From: an uncultured Methanosarcinales archaeon
Lineage (GTDB): Archaea > Halobacteriota > Methanosarcinia > Methanosarcinales > Methanocomedenaceae
Assembly: GCA_965370445.1 (NCBI GenBank)
Contig: CBDUUM010000001.1
Location: 1-51,537, forward strand
DNA: 51,537 bases
Reading direction: 5' to 3'
In this document: piece by piece, positions 6,770-16,533 of the stretch
Position numbering within the stretch: position 1 is the first letter of the stretch
How the letters are laid out: every line of letters starts with the position of its first letter
Program-made: the position numbers and the translations under genes
Notes under the pieces: generated by a model
What the model saw: the letters and a program-made list of their open reading frames with translations, nothing else
Told to the model about the DNA's origin: nothing
The model's database searches: none

Positions 6770-8745
6770 TTCGAACTCCCGTTTAAAGCATTTTCAATAT
6801 TACTATAGACTTGTTCAAAAAGTTTTTCGCCTTCCTGTTGAATAATTGATAAATCCGTCCAATCAAGCATTCTTTTAAACTGCATTTTTGATTTTCCACA
6901 TTTGTTTGCTAGTGAAATCAGTAGTTGTGATGCATTAATGTTAGCAGTCATAAATATATTTTGATTATAATCTTTTACAAAATATGCAAACATCTCACCG
7001 GCTCTACTTTCATAAGCAATATCTAAGGAACCTTCAGGGGTATCAATAAGCATTGTGGCTTCATTAGATTGTTTTGATAAATAAATAGCTAATGACATTC
7101 TTAAAGCAATATCTAAGAAAAATCTTTGACTTTCAGACAAATGTGAACTATCTGTTCTTGCAGTATCTTTTAATTCAAGTATCAATTTCATATTTCGATT
7201 TTTGTCTGAAAAATTAATAATTAAATCATAACCTATAAAGCTTTTTGCTAATTTTTGAAAGATAGGGACAAAATCAACTTCTGCTTCTTTATAAGCACTT
7301 TCAATTTTAGCTTGTAATAAATCATAATCTGGTTGCAATTCATCTCTTTCTTTATATTTTTCTTTAGAAATCTTATCAAATTCATCAAATTGTTCTTTAT
7401 ATGCTTTTACGACAGAATCAATACTTTCATTTCCTGTGGTTTTCGACGAAATGAATGGATTATTTTTTTCAAATAAATCTTTCTGTTTATCAATCTCAAT
7501 AAATTCATATTCGACTTTTTCGAACTCAAGCTTTTTATCAGATGACTTTAGTGTAATATTTTCAAGTTCATTGTTGCGTCTTGATATTTTATCGTCATTC
7601 TTTTCAATTTCTACTAATAATTGATTTTGTTCCTGCTCTTTATTGTCATTAATTTTGGTATTGCATAACGGACAATTTTCTTTATATAAGTTATTTTGAA
7701 TTGATTCTATTATCTGCTCACTTTTTGCACCGCAAACGATACATTCTTTCTTAGAAAGAGACATATTTATATATGCATTATTTAATAATTTAGAACGAGG
7801 TTCAGAATATATTGAGAACAGTTTTGTATGTTCTATACGCAGATGCAGAATCTCGGAATTCAAATAACTTTGCTTTTTTAGCAATGTATCATATTCAATT
7901 TTTACATTATGATATTCATTTTTAATTGCTTCATGTTCTTTAAGCAAATATTTATAATCTATTTTTATAGTTTCTTTATCTGTATTCCCTTCATAATTAC
8001 TAATAAGATTTTCTCTTTTTTTATCAATTTGTGTTGCTTGCCATCTACTATTTCTAGCATCAGATTCAAGTTTGTCCATTTTTCGCTTAATAGTAATAAG
8101 TTTCTCTGCATCTTCTGTGTTAGTATTGAAAGCAATAGATAGAGTATGGGATGAAGCATGTTTATCCCAAAATATCATTCTTCTATTTTCATCAAAAGTT
8201 AGAACATAAAGTTGTAAAAATATAAAGTATTCAAAATTATTTATGCCGATGTCGTTTGTAATTTCAGTTTCATATTTATTTTTGAGTTCTTTTGGGGTGA
8301 GATTCTCTGTAGATATGAATGGAATTTTATTATTATTATTATCGATTTTGAATATTTCTAAATATCTAAGAGAATCGATTTCAAAAAATCCACGTATAAA
8401 CTTATAATATTTATTATTAATTTTAAGAGAAATTTCGATTTCAGCATTTTTTTTATCAACAATTCTACCGTCGAAATATCTGCTAGTAAATCTCTTGTTC
8501 ACTTGAACGATTTCTTGTGGAGATAATACTTCTTTATTTGGTGCAAGAACTATCCCGGTAAGGCCATAATTTAAAGCATTGAGAAAAGTCGTTTTACCAA
8601 GCCCATTAGCTCCAGCTAAACAATAAACTCCCTCATCAATTTTCTCGTTAATTTCATAAACTTCCCCGTTTTTAGAGAAAAGAGAAAAATTTCTAATTAT
8701 TATATTTTCGACTTTAGGAAAGTTATATTTACTCATATTATTCAA
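6766..8745 (-). CDS. SMC/Rad50-like ABC ATPase with a coiled-coil insert and a double-CxxC zinc-hook-like motif
   Basis: Walker A GANGLGKTT (aa 45-53, nt 8587-8613). Long K/E-rich helical region aa ~210-500 containing CIVC...CPLC (aa 335-361, nt 7663-7743). Signature-like LSESQ (aa 536-540). Walker B/D-loop MLIDTPEGSLD (aa 565-575). Confidence 0.8.
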   Translation of the reverse strand: MNNMSKYNFPKVENIIIRNFSLFSKNGEVYEINEKIDEGVYCLAGANGLGKTTFLNALNYGLTGIVLAPNKEVLSPQEIVQVNKRFTSRYFDGRIVDKKNAEIEISLKINNKYYKFIRGFFEIDSLRYLEIFKIDNNNNKIPFISTENLTPKELKNKYETEITNDIGINNFEYFIFLQLYVLTFDENRRMIFWDKHASSHTLSIAFNTNTEDAEKLITIKRKMDKLESDARNSRWQATQIDKKRENLISNYEGNTDKETIKIDYKYLLKEHEAIKNEYHNVKIEYDTLLKKQSYLNSEILHLRIEHTKLFSIYSEPRSKLLNNAYINMSLSKKECIVCGAKSEQIIESIQNNLYKENCPLCNTKINDNKEQEQNQLLVEIEKNDDKISRRNNELENITLKSSDKKLEFEKVEYEFIEIDKQKDLFEKNNPFISSKTTGNESIDSVVKAYKEQFDEFDKISKEKYKERDELQPDYDLLQAKIESAYKEAEVDFVPIFQKLAKSFIGYDLIINFSDKNRNMKLILELKDTARTDSSHLSESQRFFLDIALRMSLAIYLSKQSNEATMLIDTPEGSLDIAYESRAGEMFAYFVKDYNQNIFMTANINASQLLISLANKCGKSKMQFKRMLDWTDLSIIQQEGEKLFEQVYSNIENALNGSSK

Positions 8746-8759
8746 TCAACCTCATATTA

Positions 8760-8810
8760 TTTTCACTATAAATAGTATACTTTACAAAAATCATTCAATT
8801 ATATAACACT
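8760..8810 (-). promoter_or_regulatory. Candidate archaeal promoter region for the four-gene operon
   Basis: On the minus strand there are TATA-like TATTTATAG (plus 8765-8773) and TTATATAA (about 8797-8806). GAGGT lies about 11 nt upstream of the ATG at 8745. Confidence 0.25.
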
Positions 8811-8913
8811 TATTAATTGATAACATAGTACGTAAACCATATCAAAAAAAGATAATGGAGCAGATAAATACCTGCTCCAAACACACCCATTAATGTCGTA
8901 TTCATATCCTCTA

Positions 8914-9093
8914 TCATTCATATGCCAGCACCTCGTTCACCGTCAACCGGGACGCTTTACAGGCCGTGTAAAAATTCGCAATGGCCGGGAAAACCAACAC
9001 GATGACCAGCCATAGCATGACCCCTGTCAGCGAAAAACCCGGGTCCAGGGGGGCATCTATAAGGACTTTCCCCGAGATATTCCCCCCAGTATA
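8914..9093 (-). pseudogene. C-terminal fragment of an FtsX-like ABC transporter permease
   Basis: A 59-codon open frame without a start ends ...FYTACKASRLTVNEVLAYE*, matching the characteristic FtsX/MacB tail (YPA.KASRL.P.EALRYE). An in-frame TGA lies immediately upstream. Confidence 0.5.
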
Positions 9094-9113
9094 TCAGCAT
9101 CAGCTATCGTAAT

Positions 9114-9900
<787 letters not shown>

Positions 9901-9910
9901 CATCATACCT

Positions 9911-9985
9911 CCCGGGCTGGTGCAGGCGCAGACCGAGGGTGGGAAATTGATGGAAGCTGTTTTGCACCACAAGCAGGCGGAGTGA
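9911..9985 (+). repeat. Second copy of the hsdS-tail fragment (direct repeat of 788-861)
   Basis: CCGGGCTGGTGCAGGCGCAGACCGAGGGTGGGAAATTGATGGAAGCTGT... aligns with 788-861 with a few substitutions. It translates to PGLVQAQTEGGKLMEAVLHH. Confidence 0.6.
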
Positions 9986-10084
9986 TAGATAAAGGAGAAA
10001 TACAATTCCTAAGTGAAAAGTGAATCAAGTTAGACTTCACATAAAGTAAAAAAAATAAAATAAGGGTCTGACACCTTATTTTTT

Positions 10085-10243
10085 CTAATTTCTTATCAAT
10101 TTCCTAAAGGTATTATGGGAAATATGGTAATTCTCTGCTACATTTCGTTCTGCAAATGCCATTGCGTCCTGGGAGGTTGTCCCTTGTGCAATGGATTCAT
10201 CTCTCATTTCATAAATCTTTGATATTATTTCAAATGTATCCAT
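10085..10243 (-). CDS. Small hypothetical protein (52 aa), not in the ORF track
   Basis: ATG at 10243 is preceded by AGGGGTTGA. Translation MDTFEIISKIYEMRDESIAQGTT...RKLIRN*. A hairpin ATAAGG-N8-CCTTAT with flanking A/T runs follows at about 10062-10090. Confidence 0.3.
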   Translation of the reverse strand: MDTFEIISKIYEMRDESIAQGTTSQDAMAFAERNVAENYHISHNTFRKLIRN

Positions 10244-10507
10244 TTTTAATCAACCCCTTTATCGACCATCCTACATTTAAAACAATTTGAAATGATTAAT
10301 ACCATTAGATTTAAAAATACTTAAAACAGTATGAAAGTTGCCCCATAATATATCGAATAAGTTATATTTTGAATATATTGATTCTAATCATATCGATTAT
10401 TTAATAACTCCCAATAATCACGGACACCTGTTATCATAATTTCCACAGTAAATCCATACCATAAAATCAATACATTTAATATATTCATTTCCAATTAACC
10501 TGATTAA

Positions 10508-11428
10508 ATGGAATCCCATATACTCATAGACTCATACGGCCGCAAAATAACAAGCCTGCGCGTATCAATAACCAGTAAATGCAATCTTAACTGTTTCTAC
10601 TGCCACAATGAAGGGCAGAGCGGCTATGAGGTAGAAATGAGTGTGGACCTTATTATCAGGATCATCAACAAGGCCGTCACCCTGGGTGTAACAAAAGTGA
10701 AGTTCTCAGGAGGTGAGCCATTGGTCAGGAAGGATTTCGAGGAAATACTCACAAGGCTTCCCAAACTTCGAAATGTTTCAGCCACAACAAACGGGGTGCT
10801 GTTATCCAAAAGAGCCAAAGGGCTAAAAGCAGCCGGACTTGACCGGGTTAATATCAGCCTTGATACACTTAACCCTGATACCTATGCTAAAATATGCGGG
10901 TGCAGCAGTAACATCCATCAGCAGGTACTGGACGGGGTATATGCTGCAGTGGATGCAGGGTTGACACCGATCAAGCTGAATATGGTGATGCTGGAAGGTG
11001 TCAATTCCGGTGAAATTAATGACATGATCTCTTTTATAAAGAATTTCGATAGGAACGTGATCCTGCAAATAATCGAACCCATGGACTTTAGCAATGACGG
11101 ATTGCTCATGGAAATGGATACCATTACGAAAGAACTGGAATCCAGGGCAACATCTGTGATCGAGCGCAAGATGCACCGCAGGAAGAAATACATGGTGGAT
11201 GGTGCAGAAATTGAACTCGTGAAGCCTATTGATAATTCAGTGTTCTGTGCCAACTGCAACCGGCTAAGGGTGACATCTGACGGTAAACTAAAGCCCTGCC
11301 TGTTGAGAAATGACAACCTTGTGGATGTAAGCCATGCCAGTGACAGTGAGCTTGAAGCTTTGTTCTATAAAGCAATGGAAAATCGTGAACCTTTCTATAA
11401 AGGCAAGCCTCAGGAAGTCAGTGCGTAA
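10508..11428 (+). CDS. moaA: GTP 3',8-cyclase (Moco biosynthesis, radical SAM)
   Basis: CNLNCFYCH radical-SAM cluster motif, GGEPL, C-terminal CANCNRLRVTSDGKLKPCL. Confidence 0.9.
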   Translation: MESHILIDSYGRKITSLRVSITSKCNLNCFYCHNEGQSGYEVEMSVDLIIRIINKAVTLGVTKVKFSGGEPLVRKDFEEILTRLPKLRNVSATTNGVLLSKRAKGLKAAGLDRVNISLDTLNPDTYAKICGCSSNIHQQVLDGVYAAVDAGLTPIKLNMVMLEGVNSGEINDMISFIKNFDRNVILQIIEPMDFSNDGLLMEMDTITKELESRATSVIERKMHRRKKYMVDGAEIELVKPIDNSVFCANCNRLRVTSDGKLKPCLLRNDNLVDVSHASDSELEALFYKAMENREPFYKGKPQEVSA

Positions 11429-12048
11429 AGTATACTTGACGTGATAAAGGTCTCGATAATAGCTGCAATGAACAATAACGGGACGATTACCGTGACAAAG
11501 AACCTGATGGCACTGAACAGTTCATATTTGAACCTGATCTCTTTTTCTTCTATCTTGAATATTTTCTGAAATGCGAGAACCCCAAGTCTCAGGCCTATGC
11601 TGGCACTGATAAATATCATGGGCAGTTCAATAATACCATGAGGCAACAAGGCAGACAGTACCACAAGTATGCCATACTCCTGTACCGAACTGAAGACCAC
11701 CACACCAATGAAAAAACCATTGACTATAATGAAGATAACAGGCCAGATGCCGAAAAATGTACCAAGCAGCATGGCAATAAAACTGTTTATTGTATTGTTT
11801 GCGAAAATGAACAGCATGATCATTGTGGGTGATTCTTCTGCGATCCAGCCGTATGTTTCTTCAAATTCCCCCATTAGCTCGTCAACGATACTTGGGTCTA
11901 AGTATCCTGCCATATATCCCGCTGCCGTTGCAAGCAGGAACAAAGTAATAATAACAAGAAGGTAGGGGCGCAGTGGTACCAGGTATGCCCTTGCCTCCGC
12001 AGTAAAACTCTTCCTTTCGACATAATAATACTGTTCGTTCTGGTTCAT
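11410..12048 (-). CDS. SpoIIM-like (DUF95) integral membrane protein
   Basis: Multi-TM protein with FANNTINSF...NGFFIGVV, typical of the stage II sporulation protein M family. Overlaps moaA convergently by 19 nt. Confidence 0.55.
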   Translation of the reverse strand: MNQNEQYYYVERKSFTAEARAYLVPLRPYLLVIITLFLLATAAGYMAGYLDPSIVDELMGEFEETYGWIAEESPTMIMLFIFANNTINSFIAMLLGTFFGIWPVIFIIVNGFFIGVVVFSSVQEYGILVVLSALLPHGIIELPMIFISASIGLRLGVLAFQKIFKIEEKEIRFKYELFSAIRFFVTVIVPLLFIAAIIETFITSSILYALTS

Positions 12049-12893
12049 ATCCCAAGCACCATCCTTATAGAGTTACGTGTGGCAGGTGCCAGGCCCAATA
12101 CTATGATCGTCAGTTTCATCAGGTCCCTGAGCCGCCTGGACTCATCGTCCTCATCGAACTGGGTATCAAGTATGAATATTACCGGAATGAATATGATAAG
12201 CTTTAGCGGGACCATGATTGCGGCCGTCCCTGTAAGGTCGATCATGAAGGTAGGTACAACGTGTTTTTCATAATATCCCAGATAATCCACACCCACAAAA
12301 GTGGATGATGCATCCAGCAGGTGTGCACATAAGATGCTGATATTGATGCGTTGTGTGAACATCGAACAACCTCTGTTCCTGGCCAGAAGGTATGCTGCTG
12401 CTGTCAGTCCGGTACCAAGAAGGACGATAACAGCGAAGTGCACAGGGTTAACGATACGTTCTGCCGATAACAGTATTCCCACGTTGACCAGTGACCACAA
12501 TATGCCAGCGGCTGCAAAGGCTTTTTTCCAGTCATTCACATATCCTGACCTGTGCAGCCTGATAGAGATAAACAGCAGCAGGACAGTTATCACAAACATT
12601 AGTAAATAGATTGGCGGGGTAATGAACAGGTATTTGATTGGCGGCTCGAACAGTTCGGCATCCTCGATTACCCTTAGAGTTGAGCCCGCGATTATGTACG
12701 GGATGATGACTTTAATAAAATCCCAGTTTACGCTTACATCCATTTTTTCAAGTAATTTTAGCACGCCGAATAAACACAAGCCCAGTAATATCGCCCATGT
12801 TATTGTATTTACCGGGTTGTAACCTGTATCATAAATGATAGGATCGATATAATATCTGTAGATAAAATCCTGTATGCCCTCACCAGTCCCCAT
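12045..12893 (-). CDS. Integral membrane protein (possibly DUF63 family)
   Basis: 282-aa ORF with about 7 hydrophobic segments and a 4-nt overlap with the downstream ORF. The family call is from memory only. Confidence 0.5.
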   Translation of the reverse strand: MGTGEGIQDFIYRYYIDPIIYDTGYNPVNTITWAILLGLCLFGVLKLLEKMDVSVNWDFIKVIIPYIIAGSTLRVIEDAELFEPPIKYLFITPPIYLLMFVITVLLLFISIRLHRSGYVNDWKKAFAAAGILWSLVNVGILLSAERIVNPVHFAVIVLLGTGLTAAAYLLARNRGCSMFTQRINISILCAHLLDASSTFVGVDYLGYYEKHVVPTFMIDLTGTAAIMVPLKLIIFIPVIFILDTQFDEDDESRRLRDLMKLTIIVLGLAPATRNSIRMVLGI

Positions 12894-12923
12894 GTTTTAT
12901 AACCTCTTACGATATTATATGGT

Positions 12924-14015
12924 ATGTATCATATGAACGAATCAAATGCGGATAATTTTAAATCAAGATGGATGCTGCTACCCAGGAATGTGGTTGTAGG
13001 CAACGGAGTGATCAACGATATCGGTAATGTTTGCAACGCTCTTAAGCTTAATGGGAATGCGTTAATTGTCAGCGGACCCACTACGATCAACAAGGCTGGC
13101 AGTACTGTCGCTAAGGTACTGGAAGATAACGGATGTAATGTCCATTCGGTAATTGTGGATAAACCCGAGATGGATGAAGTGGAAAAAGTAGAGCAGCTCA
13201 TTTATGAGATCGATGACAGTACAGGTGTTTTTTTATTGGGTGTGGGTGGTGGCAAGACTATTGATATTGCCAAACTGGCATCAAAAAAGACAGGTAACCA
13301 ATTTGTCAGCGTTCCTACTGCGGCTTCACATGACGGCATCGTATCCTCAAGAGCATCGATAACCCATAATGGGGAGACAGTATCGGTGGAGGCAGAACCT
13401 CCGGTGGCAGTCGTAGCAGATACACAGATAATAGCAGATGCACCTTTCAGGCTCCTGGCTGCAGGCTGCGGTGATATTATTTCCAAATGCACTGCGGTCA
13501 GGGATTGGGAACTGGCTCACCGTCTCAAGAATGTAACGATCAGTGAGTATGCCTCACACCTGTCCATGATGACAGCAAAGATCATGATGGACTCAGCCGA
13601 ATCGATCAGGCCCGGCCTGCCTGAATCCGCACGAACCGTAGTCAAAGCACTGGTGGCAAGCGGTGTTGCTATGAGTATTGCAGGGTCGTCCAGACCGGCC
13701 AGCGGTTCCGAGCATAAGTTCAGTCATGCACTGAACCAGGTAGCTCCAAAGCCTGCACTACACGGGGAACAATGCGGCGTGGGTTCAATAATGATGATGT
13801 ACCTGCACGGCGGCGACTGGCATGGGATCAGTCGTACATTAAAGACCATAGGTGCACCAACCAATGCAGAAGAACTTGGTATTGACCCTGAACATATTAT
13901 AGAAGCCTTGATGAAAGCCCATACTATCAGGCCGGAACGATATACCATACTTAGTACGGGATTGACTGAAGGGGCAGCAAGAAGGCTTGCAAAGATCACA
14001 GGGGTTGTAGAATAA
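12924..14015 (+). CDS. egsA: sn-glycerol-1-phosphate dehydrogenase
   Basis: [12 protein letters not shown] nucleotide-binding motif, [16 protein letters not shown] metal ligands. Archaeal lipid backbone enzyme. Confidence 0.85.
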   Translation: MYHMNESNADNFKSRWMLLPRNVVVGNGVINDIGNVCNALKLNGNALIVSGPTTINKAGSTVAKVLEDNGCNVHSVIVDKPEMDEVEKVEQLIYEIDDSTGVFLLGVGGGKTIDIAKLASKKTGNQFVSVPTAASHDGIVSSRASITHNGETVSVEAEPPVAVVADTQIIADAPFRLLAAGCGDIISKCTAVRDWELAHRLKNVTISEYASHLSMMTAKIMMDSAESIRPGLPESARTVVKALVASGVAMSIAGSSRPASGSEHKFSHALNQVAPKPALHGEQCGVGSIMMMYLHGGDWHGISRTLKTIGAPTNAEELGIDPEHIIEALMKAHTIRPERYTILSTGLTEGAARRLAKITGVVE

Positions 14016-14091
14016 TATCCGGTAATTTACGAAATACTATAATACATTATTACTTAGTGAGGATAATTAAAGCAAAACAGGAGAATGAAGG

Positions 14092-14535
14092 ATGAATGAA
14101 GATACTATTGTGACACTTATTGGCGTAAGAATGGCAAAACCAGGCGTAGAATTCATATTTAAAGGCAAAAGCAAGGATTGTAATGAATGTAATCTCAAGA
14201 GCACATGCCTGAACCTGGATGAGGGAGGCCATTATAAGATAGTTGGTATCAGGAATGCAGCACCCCTTGATTGTTCAATACATGATGGTGGTGTGCAGGC
14301 TGTGGATGTGGTTGAGGTACCATGGAAGGTATTGATAGAGAGCAGTAAAGCTTACTTGGGTTCGACCATCACGTATGAACCTGTTAACTGCGATGAGAAG
14401 GATTGCGAGATGTTTGAAATATGCCAGCGTCCCGGTCCGGTACCCGGACGAAAATACAAAATCCTGAATATTGCGGGCGAACCTGATGGTGAATGCATAA
14501 GGGATATGTCCTTTAAGGTAGTGGAAATGAAATAA
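14092..14535 (+). CDS. UPF0179 family protein
   Basis: The ITLIG...AK.G.EFIF.G....C..C..K..C.NL pattern and the ~147 aa size are typical of archaeal UPF0179 proteins. Confidence 0.65.
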   Translation: MNEDTIVTLIGVRMAKPGVEFIFKGKSKDCNECNLKSTCLNLDEGGHYKIVGIRNAAPLDCSIHDGGVQAVDVVEVPWKVLIESSKAYLGSTITYEPVNCDEKDCEMFEICQRPGPVPGRKYKILNIAGEPDGECIRDMSFKVVEMK

Positions 14536-14637
14536 GGAGCCACCGATAATTATAAGCATATCCGGTCCAATGTTGGACGACCAGATCAGGATGAATATTA
14601 TTAATTGATCATACTATTGAAAATCGGAGGATAAAAA

Positions 14638-14811
14638 ATGGGTAAAACCGGTTCAACCGAATGGGGCAGAATTAAGGGCAGAAAGGGAAAAGTCAGAATG
14701 GTTGAAAAAAGCAATCTGGAATACAAGCGCCCGGGTCCCGCACAGCGGTACAATTCAGCAGGTACAAAACGCAGACGGTTCAAGCGTTCTGAAAAAGCAG
14801 TTCAGAAATAA
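14638..14811 (+). CDS. Small highly basic protein (57 aa), not in the ORF track
   Basis: GGAGG lies 7 nt upstream of the ATG. Translation MGKTGSTEWGRIKGRKGKVRMVEKSNLEYKRPGPAQRYNSAGTKRRRFKRSEKAVQK*. It is followed directly by a hairpin + T8 terminator. Confidence 0.55.
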   Translation: MGKTGSTEWGRIKGRKGKVRMVEKSNLEYKRPGPAQRYNSAGTKRRRFKRSEKAVQK

Positions 14812-14820
14812 TCATCAATA

Positions 14821-14854
14821 TATTGCGCGTAAAATAAGCGCAATACTTTTTTTT
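14821..14854 (+). terminator. Hairpin plus oligo-T terminator
   Basis: TATTGCGC-GTAAAATAA-GCGCAATA (8-bp stem) followed by C + T8. Confidence 0.5.
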
Positions 14855-14989
14855 ATTGTACGTGAAGTAAAATTTTATGTGATTTAGGAAATCCAGGCAG
14901 CAGAAAGGATTTCATTGCTGTATATAATTCAATATGCTTTTCTACATACAGGATAGACATAGCCATCAACTACCACCGGACTCGATACA

Positions 14990-16501
14990 ATGAACGACAC
15001 CGCAAAACCCCTGATGGTACTGGGAACCGGCTCACATGTCGGCAAGAGCATAGTAGTCACAGCCCTTTGCCGCATCTTTGCCGAACAGGGATTCAATGTG
15101 GCACCCTTCAAGGCCCAGAACATGAGCCTCAATTCCTGGATAACAGACGACGGCGACGAGATAGGCATAGCACAGGCAATCCAGGCAAAAGCATGCGGCA
15201 TCCCACCCACAGCAGACATGAACCCCATCCTGCTAAAACCCAAAGGTGACCGCCAGTCCCAGGTAATCATAATGGGCAGGCCGTATGCAGACCGTACAGC
15301 CGGTGACTATTATGAATCCATTGAAGATATGATGACGGTTGTCGAGCGTGCATACAGCAGTCTGGCCAAACAGCATGACATCATTGTAATCGAAGGGGCA
15401 GGGGGTGCCGCCGAGATCAACCTGTACCACCGGGACGTGGTCAATATCGGCACTGCCAGGCTGCTTAAGCCCCCCATTATCCTTGTTGGTGACATTGAGC
15501 GGGGCGGTGTGTTCGCCAGCATCTATGGGACCATGAAACTACTACCCGACGACATCGCACCGCTGGTCAGGGGCGTTATAATCAATAAATTCAGGGGCGA
15601 CCCTGCTATACTGGAACCGGGGCTTGAGGAACTGGAAAAACTGACCGGTGTACCAGTTCTGGGTGTCATACCATATACCAAACTATCCATTCCATCAGAG
15701 GATTCTGTCTCGATCGCAGATAAAAAACAGTTGTTCAGTAGCGATAACGGCCTTGTGGATATTGCAGTCATAAACTTGCCGAGGATATCAAATTTCACAG
15801 ACTTTGAGCCCCTGGAGCAGTTATCAAATATAAGGTACGTTGAGCCGGGTGACGACCTTGGCCAGCCCGATGCACTGATATTACCGGGTACCAAGAACAC
15901 CATTGATGACCTGAAAGTGCTGCAAGACAGCGGCACAGACACCCGGATACTTGAACTTGCACATGCGGGCATCCCGGTTATAGGGATATGCGGCGGCTAC
16001 CAGATGATGGGAAAGACCATTACCGATAGTGGAATTGAGGGGAGCGCCGGGAGTGTATCCAGTCTGGACGGACTTGGGCTGCTTGATATTTCCACGGATT
16101 TTACACAATATGAAAAACAAACTGTCCGGACCAGGAAAACCGTAACAGGCACCGGCCCCATCCTGGGGAGCATCAACGGACAGCAGGTAGACGGTTACGA
16201 GATACATATGGGCATGTCAAGACTGCACAGTGATCTGCGCAATAAGATACCGGCTTTCGATGATGACGGTTGTGTCGATGTGACAGGATTGATATGGGGT
16301 ACATACATGCACGGCCTTTTCGAGAATGAGAACTTGAGGGATGCATTCCTGGAGTATCTTTATGCCAGCCGCGGACTCAAGTTCAGCAGCATCAGGGACA
16401 GGATCACACACATTGACCCCTACCACCAACTGGCACAGCACTTCCTGGCACATGTGGATATGGAAGCCGTCGAAGGCATGATAGGTTCGTCAAAGGCATA
16501 G
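14990..16501 (+). CDS. cobQ: Cobyric acid synthase
   Basis: N-terminal GTGSHVGKS P-loop-like motif, CobQ/CobB ATPase domain, and a C-terminal glutamine amidotransferase domain (GICGGYQMMG...HG). Confidence 0.9.
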   Translation: MNDTAKPLMVLGTGSHVGKSIVVTALCRIFAEQGFNVAPFKAQNMSLNSWITDDGDEIGIAQAIQAKACGIPPTADMNPILLKPKGDRQSQVIIMGRPYADRTAGDYYESIEDMMTVVERAYSSLAKQHDIIVIEGAGGAAEINLYHRDVVNIGTARLLKPPIILVGDIERGGVFASIYGTMKLLPDDIAPLVRGVIINKFRGDPAILEPGLEELEKLTGVPVLGVIPYTKLSIPSEDSVSIADKKQLFSSDNGLVDIAVINLPRISNFTDFEPLEQLSNIRYVEPGDDLGQPDALILPGTKNTIDDLKVLQDSGTDTRILELAHAGIPVIGICGGYQMMGKTITDSGIEGSAGSVSSLDGLGLLDISTDFTQYEKQTVRTRKTVTGTGPILGSINGQQVDGYEIHMGMSRLHSDLRNKIPAFDDDGCVDVTGLIWGTYMHGLFENENLRDAFLEYLYASRGLKFSSIRDRITHIDPYHQLAQHFLAHVDMEAVEGMIGSSKA

Positions 16502-16533
16502 TAGGTTAGTAGGTTGAAGGTATGGTAGGCTGA

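Noticed and set aside
862-8745. Calling the region an integron-like cassette array
   Set aside because: No integrase or Pc-like promoter is visible. The cassettes are on different strands and carry their own multi-gene operons. The repeats are much longer and more complex than attC sites. The idea is kept only as a loose analogy in the repeat finding.
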